64,000 nt of DNA from the human T2T-CHM13v2.0 reference genome, Homo sapiens, in NCBI RefSeq assembly GCF_009914755.1, contig NC_060935.1; one strand, 5' to 3'. Shown here in pieces: positions 29,411 through 44,189 of the stretch (position 1 is the stretch's first letter; the number at the start of each line of letters is the position of its first letter). The position numbers and the translations under genes were made by a program. The notes below the pieces were generated by a model. The model did not search any database. It was not told where the DNA came from and was given only the letters and a program-made list of their open reading frames with translations.

Positions 29411-30212
29411 TTAAGTTACCTTCTTATTGTTTTCATAGTAAAGAAATACATACCTGTCAGTTCAGTTAGAGCTGGGTGCATATGTATGTTTGCGTGCTTG
29501 CCTGTGCATCCCTCAGGGAGTGAATCTGTGTTCTCCTTATGGCTGCTAAGGATTCACTGTCCTCCCAATGGGGAACACTAGCAACATGCAGTGTCTGATC
29601 ATTTAGAGATCACCTGGTCTAACTCCACTGTTCAATGTGACTTTCCAATAGTTGCACAAAAAGCTATAGGAAGAACAAAGTTTAAAAATAAATTTAAGAT
29701 AGACTTTTGGAATTGTGACACGAGGCATTTCATAAACTATCTCCCCAGTGAAACTAGAATAACTGGTGAAAATTATTAAGGAACAACCATTCTATGTCTC
29801 TGGAAGTTGTCCCAAGAACAGAGAAAAGACACATATTGAGACACAGATCACAAATGTGATTCATTGAAGAGATAAGTGGATTTTCTTACAGAGTTGAGTA
29901 GAAAAAAACAATTGGCATTAACTGAACACTCACAATATTTCTGTCAGTGTGCCAGACATTTGTAATACATTTTATTTAATTGAAATCCCACAAAAGTTCC
30001 AAAAGGTTCCTACACTTTTACTGGAAGTGAAAGATTGATTCATTCATTGGATAATATATTTATTTACTGAGCATCTTCTATATGCCAGACATGGGGTTAG
30101 GTCTTGAGGATACAGTGACCAACAGGGATGAATCTTTCTGTATAGTGCAGGATAAACATTGAACAACTGATGCTAAGTTTACAATGTAGTAACTACATTA
30201 GCACAAATACAA

Positions 30213-30259
<47 letters not shown>

Positions 30260-30271
30260 ATCTATCTATCT
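30213..30271. repeat. (CTAT)11 plus interrupted units, GATA-type STR
   Basis: Read directly. Confidence 0.95.
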
Positions 30272-32304
30272 GTTATTGACCACCTGTGTACCAGGTACTG
30301 AGCTACATTCTTACCTATAATACAATAGTGAACATTTATGTGTCAGGTGCTGTTTTGATACACAAAGGAAACTATAAGTTCAGTGCTATTAATATCTCTG
30401 TTTTACAATTGCTGAAACCAAGGCCCATAGATATTGGTAACTTAAGATCTTACAGAGCCTGTTAGTGGAATTTTGAGGCCTCGATCCTAACTATATTGAC
30501 TCTAGAAGCTTTCTCCTAAATACTATGCTACTTACCTTCTCAATTAATTGTTCCTGTCACCTTTTCATAACTTATAAGTAAACACGCTGAAACTCAAACT
30601 GTGTTTCAGCTTTAGAAACTACACTCTGAACCTCTCTGCCATGCCGTCAGCACGTGAAAAAGTGCAGGACAAACTATTTAGTGCTGAAAGAAATATAATG
30701 AGGAGATTCATCCAGATAAGGTGTCAGTCAGGGAGGAATGCTGAGGTTGAGGTGGGTGAGCTGTGTAGTGGTGACTTAGTAGAAGGGGGGAGAAGAGGAA
30801 CAATGTGCTGAGCAGAGGAGACAGGTTGAGAAAGTACCAGAAATGTCAGTGAACTTAAAGTGTTAAAGGAAGGTCAGTGTAGCTAGTGCATGTTCAGTGA
30901 AAAGGGAAGTAGACCTATATGTGTCTGGAGAAATAGTCAGTGATTAGCTCATTCACTGAAGATTAAAACACGTACACACACAAAAGGAAAGTTAATTATC
31001 AGTTTTAAATGGAGTCAGGTAAGAATCACACCTCAATTTCTGATTTCCACACAATTGCATTTTTCCATTAATTCTTGGGTTTAATTTCAGTTCTTGTTTT
31101 TAAAAATAGTTTTTCAGGTGTTCTTTCAAAAGTGTGAGAAAAATTAGGAATCTGATCTGAAAGACTTCTACTATTTCTATCCAGTAGCTATAAGGAATTT
31201 GCATATCAGATTTGTGGATTTAGAAGTTTCAGTGGAAAGCCTTCACCAATATTAATTAATAAATTTAAAAAATGGCATTTTATCATCTAACAAGAACACT
31301 CGGTAAAAAATCAAATATATTCCACACAAAGACAGATTGCTGGATCTGAAATTGAAATTTTATTGCAACTTTAGATAATGAATATATTATTTTATGACCT
31401 GTCAACTGTTTAGCCATAGTTATAATTCCTTCATACAGAACGCTCATTTTGTCCCTCCAAAATTGCATCATTTTTTTGGACAAATTTCAGAAGAACTCTC
31501 ATTAATAAGTGGAGCTATTTTCTTCTTGGCCTTTATAAAATTCCCTTAAAAGTCAGCCCTCCTGGGAATAAAATAGTTTATAGTTAGCAATTCAAATCAG
31601 CCATTATACACTATTTCTGTTTTTTTTTTTTTAAACTCTTGCAAGTAGACGTGGTCAGGCAGAAAAACAATTAGAGATGTGCTGAAATATTTATAATTTT
31701 TTGCACCAGCTATTTTTTGAAGATTTTTGGGGGTTCATGTCTCAATAGTATTTTAAAACAATCTATAAAGATAAAAATTTCGGTATTATACATGTTGTAA
31801 ATGACAGTTGAAATAACAGAGATGAAAGATAACTACTGCCTTGATAAGATGGCACAACTCTGACATATAACTTCATTTTTATTCATGCACTATTCATTCA
31901 ACCCGTTTCTATTGAATTTTTATTGAAGTTTTACTCTCAGCCAGATATGGCATTAATATTGGACATAAAAACTGAAATAAGCCAAGATCTCTCTTTTCTA
32001 GGACTTCATCATCCTAGTGGAAAAGGCAGAAATTTAAAGAAATGCAATGACAAGGACAAGTACTCTAACAGATGTGTCTAAAGATTGCTATGGGCTAAAA
32101 GAGAAGAAAGACTGATGAAGTACTCGCAAGAATGTGCTTTTTAAACTACATCTTGACACACTTGGAATGCAGAGCTGAATCTGCATACCATTCACTCTGC
32201 CTCTGTTTCTGCACATTCATCTTTTAGTGTAGACTTGCCAGATTCCCCCATTTCCTGCTGTCCTTCACCTCCATGCTTGTGCACACATAGTTTCCTCTGC
32301 CTAG

Positions 32305-32632
<328 letters not shown>

Positions 32633-32648
32633 CATGCCTCTTATATTA

Positions 32649-32730
32649 TTAGGTTGGTGCAAAAGTAATTGCTGTTTTTTTGCCATTAACAGTAATGGCG
32701 AAGATGGCAATTACTTTTGCACCAACCTAA
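32649..32730. mobile_element. MADE1 (Hsmar1-derived MITE)
   Basis: TIRs TTAGGTTGGTGCAAAAGTAATTGC..GCAATTACTTTTGCACCAACCTAA, 82 bp, TA target duplication. Confidence 0.95.
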
Positions 32731-32979
32731 TATGTTAAATTTTGGCTCAAAGTTGGTTTCCTCTGAACTTTCCATTATTCTTTTTCTTCTCATATATCAT
32801 TTCATCTTATTTGTTATATTAATGTTTTCCACAAAGTTATGATTATTTATTTGACTATTTTCCCTAGTGCTACCCTTGAATATAGGAAATATCTAATCTC
32901 CTTTGTATCATTTATAGCACAGTAATTAAGACATAGTTGGTGTTTAATAAATGTTCACAGAATGAAGTTGAGTTGAGGA

Positions 32980-33300
32980 AATGTTTCCAAGGCAGATGAG
33001 ATACGGCATAGGGAGTTCCAGTCAAGGGAGGAATGTATGCACAGGAAAAGGAATGCAAGACAGCACAGCAGTTTCTAGCAATGGCAATCAATCCAATGTG
33101 GATGCAGAAAGTTTAGAACAAGGCTGTAGAAGGACAGAGATTTAAGAAAGAAACTGAAACTCTAGCTTGCAGAGGGCCTGGTTTACTTTGCCAAGGGGTT
33201 TGGGCCACCTCCTGCAGAAGAATTGCAGAGAAGATTTGGAAGAACTTAAGCAGAAAAATGAGGTGATCCTATTTGTGTTTTGGAGAGATAGCCAGTTGGT
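32980..33300 (-). mobile_element. L2 remnant
   Basis: TTTGCCAAGGGGTTTGG..TTAAGCAGAAAAATGAGGTGATCCTATTTGTGTTTTGGAGAGAT. Confidence 0.6.
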
Positions 33301-34411
33301 GGTATGAATGATGAACTTCATATATGAAGCTCTGGAATTTAAACAACCAAATCGGAGTGAAATTTTTATTTAAAAAAGAGCAAATTAATTAGAAAGATGC
33401 TTTAAAGTTGGGAATCGTAGGCTCTGAAGAAAATAGGGACTTAGACATTATTTTTAATGTACTTTTTCTAATGCAGTATGATGGCATGTTGTACTGTACA
33501 AAGCAATGTTAACTGTGAATTTTGGTCAAATATCGTGCAAACCGTTGTTTGATAGTGCTGGAGCAGCACAGTTCAAAAGGAAATACTGTAGTAATTGTCC
33601 TCCACCACTAGCCAACCATTCTCCAACACATGGATCCTATCTTTTTGGAGGAAGAGGTGAGGAAAATTCAGTCTGACGCTAATGCTTTCCAGTGCACTCA
33701 GCTGTCTTTGATTACAAATTTGGGGCACAATTAAGATGCCATTACTATGTGTAAGGTTTTGCCTTGAAATAGTTTCAATAGACCTTTTTTGTATGTAAGC
33801 AAACTCAACAAATTATTTTTAGTCAAAAAATTTATTTCTTGGGAAAAAAGCCATCCTTTTATTTTTCTAGTTCTAGTAACTAGCACACAGTTATCACTTA
33901 ATAGATGCTTAAGTGAATGAATGACTGAAAGGAAGATAGAAAGTTGAATGAAGAGTGAAGAAAGAATGGCATGTAACTGCTTCATGATTCCAGCAGAAAC
34001 ATGTAAAGAAGAACCGTTTACTTGATTCTCAGCAATAAATAATTTTCCCAAATGTTTGCATGTAAGAGGTTTTACAGTACTGTTTTTTTTAATTTGCATG
34101 CAACATTTGTTTTTGTCAATTAAAAAAATAAAATAAGCATACTCCAAAACATATAATAACTTTCAAATTTTAATGGCTACACTATTCCCAAACTAATATT
34201 TAATATATTTGTCACTTAAAGTATTTATTGCATTACAATCTAAATGTTCTTTTCCTTTTACCATCAACTTAACATATGTTTATTGAGGAACTAGTGTGTC
34301 CCCACATGCTGCCACAATGACGAGACATAGTCACTATTTCCAAATAGTTTATGGCCTTGAGAGGAGGAAAAAAAAACATGCACATAAACAACTTCAATAC
34401 CAGTTATGTAG

Positions 34412-34815
34412 TGTATTAGTCTACAAGGGCTGCCATAACAAAACAGGCTGGGTGGCTTAAACAACATAAATCTACTTTCTCACAGTTCTAGAGGCTACAA
34501 GTATAAGAGCAAAGTGTGGGCAGGTTCAGTTTCTTATGAGGCATCTCACCTCGTCTTGCAGATTGCCACCTTCTTGCTGAGTCCTCACATGGTTGAACCC
34601 ATGCATTATACATTAGTCTCTTATCTCTGTGTATATCCAAAAGTCTTCTTATTATAAGGACAACAGTCATACTGAATTCGGTCTCACCCAAAATATCTCA
34701 TTTTTACTTAGTTATATATTTAAATAACTGTTTCCAAATATGATTACATTCTGATGTACTAGAGGTTAGGACTTCAATATATGAATTCTGGGGAAACACA
34801 GTTTATCCTGCAACA
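34412..34815 (-). mobile_element. MLT1B-like MaLR solo LTR
   Basis: TGTATTAGTC..GGGCTGCCATAACAAAA..GGTGGCTTAAACAAC..GGTTAGGACTTCAATATATGAATT..CAACA; near-TSD TGTAG/AGTAG. Confidence 0.85.
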
Positions 34816-35056
34816 AGTAGAATATAAGATATGGTCCATTTAAAGGGAGCAAGTGTCTCATATTCTCAAGTTAAACTTGAAAATAGAGATTTTTTTTAAA
34901 GAAAAAATTATATATACAATTCTGTGCTGATGAAGATATTTATATAATAATATAAAATTTTTACAGCTCTATTACTGTGTTGGCTGCCTGCTTTAATATG
35001 ACATAATTATTTCCACAACCCCAATGGATATGTCATGAACAAAAAGTTTAGGTTTT

Positions 35057-35995
35057 TCTACAGAATAGGAGAAAATTTTTGCGATCTATTCATCTGACAA
35101 AGGTCTAATATTCAGAATTGACAATACTTAAAAAAATTTACAGGAAAAAAACCCTTTTAAAAGTGGGCAAAGGACATGAACAGACACTTCTCAAAGAAGA
35201 CATTTATGCAGCCAACAAACATGAAATAAAGCTCAACATCACTTATCATTAGAAAAATGCAAATTAAAACCACAATGAGATATCATCTAACACTGGTCAG
35301 ATGGGCCATTATTATAAAGTCAAAAAATGAAAGATGTTTGTGAGGCTGTGGAGAAATAGGAATGCTTTTACACTGTTGGTGAGAATGTAAATTCATTCAA
35401 CCATTGTGGAAGACAATGTTGTGATTCCTCAAAGACCTAGAAGCAGAAATACCATTTGACCCAGCAATCTCCATACTGGGTATATGCCCAAAGAAATATA
35501 AATCATTCTATTATAAAGATATACATACGTGTATGTTCACTGAAGCACTGTTCACAATAGCAAAGACATGGAATCAATCCAAATGTCCATCAACGATAGA
35601 CTGGATAAAGAAAATGTGGTACATATACACCATGGAATACTATGCAGTCATAAAAAGGAATGAGATCATATCTTTTGCAGGGACATGGATGGATCTGGAA
35701 GCCATTATCCTTAGCAAACTAACGCAGGAACAAAACCAAACACCATGTGTCTCACTTGTAAGCAGGAGCTGAACAGGTAGAACACATGGACACAGGGAGA
35801 GGAACAACACACAATAGTGTCTGTCACTAGTTTGGAGGAAGGGAGAGCATCAGGATAAATAGCTAATGCACATGAGGCTTAATACCTAAGAGATGGGTTG
35901 ACAGGTGTAGCAAACCACCATGGCACATGTTTACCTATGTAACAAACCTACACATCCTGCACATGTATCCCGGAACTTAAATTAAATTTTAAAAC
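35057..35995 (+). mobile_element. L1PA8-11-like 3' ~0.94 kb
   Basis: ORF2 end (ALFTIAKTWNQSKCPSTIDWIKKMWYIYTMEYY) and 3'UTR ending CACATGTATCCCGGAACTTAAA. Confidence 0.92.
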
Positions 35996-37022
35996 AAAGT
36001 TTCTGTTTTTAGAAAGGTATCAATGCCTGCAGCAGATACATGGCATGAACAATACATTAGATGACTATTTTAATGCAAATTTATTTGCAGGAAGAATGAG
36101 GACAATAGACCAATGGATACAGGATGGTGCCTGTGAAGTACATCTACAGAGAAATCCTCTCTAGCAAGGCTCATCCAGGACACCTACCTGCATTTTTCCA
36201 TCAAGGTTGAAACAAACACTGCTTGTTCGCAAAGGAGTAGACATTTACTCCAAAAATATATTTGCCTTCCTTGCCTGAAATGCTTCTGCCAAACCCACCA
36301 TCTGTGAACTTGAGGAATGCCTTACTCATGATCATGTTATTACATACTCCTGACCAAGGAATTCATTTTACCAAACATAAAGTGCAGAGATACTCATGAA
36401 ATGTATTGCTCTTATCATGATCTTCATCACTCTAAAGCAACTGGCCTGAAACAAAGGTGAAATGAGCTTTTGAAGCGTCAACTGAGTGACTAAATTTTGT
36501 GAAGCTAGGATAACATTCTCCACAATGTGGCATATGGCCTCCATCAGCAACCAATCTATGACCCTGTTTCTCTCATAGTCGAGATTCATAAATCCAGAAA
36601 ACAAAGGATAAACAGGAGTGACTCTTCTTACTGTTACTCCTAAAGATATAGTTACATGCTATTACTGCCCATTCTCAACACCTTTGGACTCTGCTGGCCT
36701 AGAAGTCTTAGTTTTCAAGGGATAAATGTTTCTACAAAGGTCTATAGCAATAGTTTCATTAAACCCAAAGCCAAGACTCTTAGCTGGCGTCTTTGGGCTC
36801 CTCATATTCAACAGACAAAAAGAGCACTGGTGTTTGGCCTGAGGTGATGGATTCTGATTATCTAGAATAAATCGGGCTGCTAACACACAATGGGAATAAA
36901 GAAAAGTATGTCCGGAAAGCAGGTGGTCCTCTGGGTTACCTCTTAATATTCCCATTCCCAGTGAGTAAAGCCACTGGAAAATGAAAACAATCTAATACAT
37001 GGGGGACTCTCATGGCTTAGAC

Positions 37023-37338
37023 CTGTGGCCCCCAACCTTTTTGGCACCAGGGACCAGATTTGTGGAAGATACTGTTTCAGTGGACTTATGGGGTGGGAGA
37101 TGGTTTTGGGATGAAACTGTTCCACCTCATATCATCAGGCATTAGAGTGTCACAAGGAGTATGCAACCTGGATCCCTCACATGTGCAGTTCACAATAGGG
37201 TTTGCAATCCTATGAGAATCTAATGCCGCCACCGATCTGACAGGAGGCAAAGCTCAAGCGGTAGTGCTTGCCTGCCACTCACCTCGTGCTGTGTGTCCCA
37301 GTTCCTAACAGGCCATGGACCAGGGGTTGAGGACCCCG
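37023..37338. mobile_element. MER1B
   Basis: CCCCAACCTTTTTGGCACCAGGGACC..GGGGTTGAGGACCCC. Confidence 0.92.
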
Positions 37339-37641
37339 GCCTACACCAAATTATAACAAGCTTAAGACAAAGAGTAGTAGAAAAAGGTAATTATAAATAC
37401 TATGCATGACCATATGACCAGTGGCAGAAATGAGCACTGTAATACTTATGAATGTTTTCCTTATTTTAATATGCAAATACTTGTGTGTATATTAATTTTT
37501 TTTCTCTTTTCCTTTTACATTTGCCTAACATCTAACATAAAAAGTATTAAAAGTAATTAATCTTGTATGATAGCGTTTAATTTGTAAGATATCAAAGAAG
37601 GAATGTGACTCAGGTAGAAGGGTAATAAAAGTCACTCAAGA

Positions 37642-38034
<393 letters not shown>

Positions 38035-38103
38035 TTAAGGTAGAAGTTATGTTAAGTGCAGTTAACAGAGTTGTACATAAATATGACATTGACAGGGAGA
38101 ATT

Positions 38104-38290
38104 ATAGTGGGATTGTATTGTGCCAGTTTAACAAAGATAGAAGTACATTTCCCAGAAATCCCTTCCCTTTATCATTCTGGTTTAGTGTGAACCAGATGTT
38201 TTTGGTAAATATTAGAGGCTAGTAGTGAAATAACAGTTGTCTTTTTACATTCAAGAGGCCAAATGAGGTCACCAGGCATGAGGAAGTTTT
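38104..38290 (+). mobile_element. 5' part of an ERVL-class LTR (LTR41-like) following the internal remnant
   Basis: TACATTTCCCAGAAATCCCTTCCCT..TTCTGGTTTAG directly after a purine-rich PPT-like stretch. Confidence 0.5.
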
Positions 38291-39684
38291 TGTGTTCTTT
38301 TGTAAAAACCTGGAAATCTGAAGTTAAATATGCGTATCAGATTATTATTCTCATACACTGTACAATTCAAAGAAATGATATTTCATCAATTTTAAGAAAA
38401 CAAAATACTGTGAATTTTGTCATTATTAAACCAAATATGATGCCTGTACAGCTGTAGAAAACACATTTTAGTGGGAACTGACAAAAGCCAATTACTTCAT
38501 TTCATTAAAAAACCATATACCTTTTCTTACCATTTAAAAAAATGCAAGAATGATCATTTTATAAATATTCTATGAATCATCAATCCTACCATTTTAAAGT
38601 AGTTTGTAATTTAGAAAGTTAGTTTAGTGTTTAAGTATTTCTTAAATTTTAAGCCCTATTTCCATTATCATTATTAGTTTTTGCATCCTACTTTGGAAAA
38701 ACTAATATGTTTTAAAGAATTCTATCCTTACACTGGCCATTCAAACAACAAAATTTTTTCAACATTTTGATTTATTTTTTCCTCTCTAAGTATGTCACCC
38801 TGGATAAAAATGCTATTAATGTCCAGATTAAGGCATAAAAGTATGGACTTGGCACCTGATAGCAGTTATCTTTTCCAGTTCAAAATTATATTCCCTTCTA
38901 AATTTGCATTATAGTGTGAACAAATGGACAGTCAGCCAATAAATGGTTTGTTATTGTATTTATAATCTTAGAAAGCACAATGATCCCATAAATTTAAATT
39001 TGACATTCTTGGGCAACAGCCTGAAATCTGTTCACTTGTCAATAATGTTATCATTATATGGAAGCTATACAATTCAGATAAGACAAAGATGGTATAACAC
39101 AGAGAAAAGCCTGGAAGACAATTATAGTGACACACTTTTTAAAATCAGAAAACAAAAAATAAGTTGTTTGATGAAACAGTCAAATAAGACATTGTGACTT
39201 ATTGTCACAATATTTAAAAACCATCTTTAAATATCAAATGAAATTTTACTTTGGGGAACATGCCTTTATATCTTTTTAAAATTATATTTTGCCACTTGCT
39301 TTAGCAGGTAACAATACAAGTTGTAATTATACATAGCAAATTAAAAATTTGAGAAAATAAGACTTGAACTTAAGATTCTAATCTGTGTTAGTACATTCAT
39401 TTATTGAAAATTATGTTCGATTTCTCTTTCAGTTGGCAAAAGTATGTGGTGAAGCGATGAGAATACAGTCATCAAGTGATTCTTTATTAGAGCTATATAA
39501 CATCTTAAAAGACATTAAAATAATCTTCAAATTGACAACCATTCTGCAATTAATTACACTTGGAAATATATCACGTTTAGATCCAAGTGCAAAGTATTCT
39601 GTGCCATGTATTATGTATTGACTCAATTACATCACATACTAAATGCAATCATTGGATTTATTTTTCTAAAATTATCCTTTAGAA

Positions 39685-39997
39685 AATGGGTCCCCAAACC
39701 CCAGGCCATGGACTAGTACCTGTTCATGGCCTGTTAGGAACTGGGCTGCACAGCAGGAAGTGAGGGGGAGGCAAGCAAACATTACCACCTGAGCTCTGCC
39801 TCCTGTCAGACCAGTAGCAGCATTATTGTGAACTCCGCATGCGAGGGATCAGTTGCATGCTTCTTATGGGAATCTAATTAATGCCTCATGATCTGAGGTG
39901 GAATAGTTTCATCCTGAAACCAGCCTCTACCATAATCTGTGGAAAAAATATCTTTCATGAAACCAGTCTCTGGTGCCAAAATGGTTGGGAACTGCTG
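39685..39997. mobile_element. MER1B, opposite orientation to the 37023 copy
   Basis: GGGTCCCCAAACCCCAGGCCATGGAC..GGTGCCAAAATGGTTGGGAACTGCTG; perfect 8-bp TSD CTTTAGAA. Confidence 0.93.
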
Positions 39998-40249
39998 CTT
40001 TAGAATACATACAGACTACAGAATTTAGAAGAATGCCTAGAATGTTTAGGAAATGAATAACAATGTAATTTGTAGCCCCTTATAGTTGAAATTATTTTAA
40101 AATAAATTATCCTTATTAGTTTCTTGAACTAGTAACTGTGTATGATAGTTTCCTCACATGCATATCAAAAAATCTCAACCATGTGTTGTACATGAAAGAC
40201 ACTGCAGTTAAGAGAGATGGATTCAATAGTATTATTTTTACTAAATTTA

Positions 40250-40610
40250 TAAGCCCTTCCATGGCACTTTGATTTCCAGTACCTCTTAGTAGAAGGGATG
40301 TACTTTCCGTTCCTTTGAAACCAGGCTTGACACAGGAGTTTCTTTGGTAAAGGGAATGTAAGCATCCATCACTCAATGGAATGTCCAACAGAAGCTTTAT
40401 GAACTATCTCATAGTTTTACAAAGATTCTTCTTTTCCATTTGCCATAATAACAAGTTATAGATAAAGATTAGTCCATTAGCCTGGATCTACAAAAGAAGA
40501 GGATATGTAAAACAAAATTGAGCAGGGACAAGCAAAGCCAAAGCTATGTCCTGAGTAAAGGTAATGAGAAAGAAATAGCTTTTTTTGTTGTTGTTGTATG
40601 ACACAGTTAC
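40250..40610 (+). mobile_element. old MLT1 (I/J/K-like) LTR remnant
   Basis: TGTACTTTCCGTTCCTTTGAAACCAGGCTTG..TTTCTTTGGTAAAGGGAATGT..AATGAGAAAGAAATAGC. Confidence 0.5.
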
Positions 40611-42137
40611 TAAATCATTTGCTTCCAAACATTCCTATTTTATTTATATTTTTATTAAACTCCATAGTAGATTTTATCTATTTTCATCTGTTTATATAAT
40701 TATATATTTTCCCCTTTTTAATGTATTGATTGAGTGGGTTATGCTGCTACAATTCCTTAATTATAACAATATTCTTGGAATAAATACTACTTAGTTATAG
40801 TGTGCTATTCTTTTGAGATTTAATCATTTTAAAATGATTAAAAGCTGGATTTACATGATTGTATTTTCACTGGGATTCTATATTATAGTAATAAGCTAAA
40901 TTAGGTTTGTGGTATTAAATATGGTGAAAATAATTTTGTAATATTGTATAGCCTGAATAATTGTAATGTTATAGTTATTAGCTTTCCAAAGGTTGCTGGG
41001 AACTTCACTTTACAACTTTCTGTACTAAATTCCTTTTTAAGATGGCAGCCTGAGAAGAGGCTGCAATCCTCTTCGTCTTCTCCATATTTGTAACAATTAT
41101 GAGAAAAAATAGAAAACTAAAAGATAGGCAGAAAGAGAACACTCCCACAATTCTAATACCATGAAAGAGTGATAAATATCTAAAAGATGAGCAGTATGAG
41201 ATAATACAGGAAAATCACCAAATATAGGGCAAAGGCAAACAGGCAAAAACAGCACCAAGACTGTTTTTTACATGGAGATGGTGGGTAGTAGGAGCTGATA
41301 GAACCAGAGAGACCGAAACAGGAGTAGCTAAGAAAGTGCATTTCCAGTGTTTGTTTCCAAACAGGAGCAATGGGTGAGTGAACTCAGGCAGAAGAGAGTG
41401 CAGTGTTGTTGATGGCAGAAGTTGGGTGGTATAAGGAGGACCCATATATAAAAGTATAGCACTGAACATACGATCAAGCTACTACCTTCTTACTTTCTCT
41501 GAAGCTAGGCCAGGATTCAAGACATATTTTACTCACTCTCTCTAAGCAGTCTGTATAAACAGAAACAGAAAATAGTCTAAATGGAAACATAACAGCAAAG
41601 AATATGGAAGAATCTAAACATCAGCAAAGTGTTAACTGATGGGGCAGATTTAGACTTTCAAATAAGAATATTAATCATAGTAGCTAACATTGATTATCTT
41701 TGTGGATAGAACCTTTTTAAGTCTTTGTATTCTACCCTTGATTGGGTTATATAAAGGCATAAGCCACCATTATAATACAAGAACTGGAGAACTGGAGAAG
41801 TGGAGAAAAAAAGGGAGGTATCTCAGAAATAAAAACTGTTGTTCAAATTAAAAATAAAAGGACAGAATGGACTGTGAGGAAATGTAGATTTGGTCTTAGA
41901 AGATCTTGTTAAAGAGTGAAACCAGAAGGCACCAAAGATAGAGAAGGAGGTTGGAGATGGAAGTTTGTGAACCAATGAGGATGCATCCAATAGTTCCAAC
42001 ATCAAACTAGGAGGAGATTCAGAGGAGCATATGTGACATATAAATGGTCAATACAATGAGTAATCTAGAAGTGAAGAATGAATTTTTTTAATGAAAATAA
42101 TCCACTCTTCCTTAGGGAAGATATACTAAAAGACAAA

Positions 42138-42245
42138 CTAGGAAATTTAGATACAGTGGCAAAGAGTAATTTTACCAAAAATAAAAACAATCTAGAAAAT
42201 TTAGGTGTAGTGGCAAACACTAACTGTACCAAAAATAAAAACAAA
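42138..42245. repeat. old 54-bp tandem duplication within degraded L1M-like sequence
   Basis: Copies at 42138 and 42192; 45/54 identical by hand alignment. Confidence 0.85.
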
Positions 42246-44189
42246 ATCAAAGAATTTTCTAGGAAAACATAAAAATAGGGTACTGGAGGAAGACGGCAAT
42301 GAGACGACATCTTCAGGCAGAAGTAATGCAAACAGGTAGGGAAAATATTTATAGTCTTAAATTCATTTGTTAATAAAAAAAGATTAAAAAATCAGTAAAC
42401 TATGCTGTCAAGTTAGGAAATAAACCTATTCGAGGTATAAGAAGGGATTAATAGAGAAAAAGTAGAAACTAATGTAATAAAAATGAAAGAATAGAGTTAA
42501 CAAAAGAAGAAACCTTAACAATAATAAAATAATAATAAATAAACTTTCTGTTATGACAAAAAAGAGATATGGAACAAATAAACAATGTTAGAAATAAAAG
42601 TATGGAATAAGTACAGATACCAAGAAGACTAATTGTAAGAAAATAATGTGGACAACTTACCCTATTTTGTTTCTGGGAAATACACGACAAAAAAAAAATA
42701 GCTCTAGAATCAAATAAGTGGAATAAAAGTGGAACCAAATTGTAATGTCCTGAGACACTGAAATATTAGATGAAGACCTGCCAGCCCAGAACACTTTCCT
42801 TCCGATAATCCAGATTTCAAATTAAGCATTATTTCCTTTGAGACTTTCTTGACCATCCTAAGGAAATAAGTTGCCCAGTCTTAGTTCATTACCTACTTAA
42901 TTTTCTCATAGCTTTTATCAGTGCTTGGTAATTTGTTACGTTGTTATGTTATGTTTTGACCTGATAGTAGCTACTAAGTTGTCTAATTAACTGACTGATT
43001 TATTAATTGCCTTTTATTTTCTGATTTCTTTATTATTCTTTTTGTTGTTTTCCTTTCTCACTTCTTACCATTTGTTTGATTAATTTTTTTACTTTGCTCT
43101 TGTTTTTCCTACTGAATTCCAAGTTAATCAGATATGACATCTCACCCAGTCACAATTTTAAGGGATGAATTTTTAACAAACTTTCAAGAAACAGAGCTTC
43201 CATCTTACACTTACTCTTTCAGCATTGGAAAAAGAAGAGATGAGTTTCCCTTCTCATCTGGCATGATGTTTTCTTTATCTTGATTGAATGGAGCTCAGAA
43301 TCATCCCATAATGTAAAGCTCAGTAAAGCTCAGTAAAATCAGTAAAATTTCAAATGGGCATCACATGAGGTTGTTATAAATAGATGAATCCCACTCTAAA
43401 TAACAGCATCTGCACATACACAAAAAGGAGTAAGTTCTGGTGAATGCCAGCGTGGAACACAAGATCAGATAGTTGTGAATTAACAGAAAAACTGTAAAAT
43501 GTTCAAAGAAAAGTATTGTTAGAGACCAGAAGCCACAGTAAGATGCAGCCATAGGCAGCAGGAAGGCAAGTCATCCAGAGCTGGATTGGTGAGGTATATT
43601 TAAAGTTCAGGGCTGAAAGGAACACCTAAGTGGTGGACAAGACCACCACGGTTGAAACAACAACAGAACACTGACCTAGGGTGGGAAATATTGAAATGGC
43701 ATCAGTTTTCTGCCTTGAGACTCTGAAACTCAGGCCGTTTGCCCTGAGACTGCCACGTGGTTCAAGGTGTTATTTTAATAATCATTAATTAATGAATTTT
43801 CTGAAAGCACAAGTCAATTAGGTCAGTACTGAAAAAGAATTCTATAAATCATGAATGCTGCAATCCTTCAAAGCCCTTTTCTTATATAGCCAGTGCAGTC
43901 ACTATACCACTTAAAAATGAAATTTTTGTCATCAGATTATTCATTCACATTCTTTTCCCTTTTCTAAAGTTAGTGATTTTCATAGCCAACTTGATTCCTA
44001 GGCATAGTTCAATATATCTAGCTTCTTAGACCAAAGGCACATTTTTAATATACAGAAGAATGGAGTGGCTCTCAGTCTTGTTGTAGACATAAGCATACTC
44101 TAAGTAGGTGTTTTTTGCATTTAATTTTGGATTTTTGCATAAAAGAAGGACGATATGCTGTAACTTTGAGATAGGTAACTTAGTATGCT

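Noticed and set aside
33731-34147. 138-aa minus ORF, the longest non-L1 ORF
   Set aside because: Non-ATG start, overlaps an L2 tail, low-complexity composition and no homology recognised.
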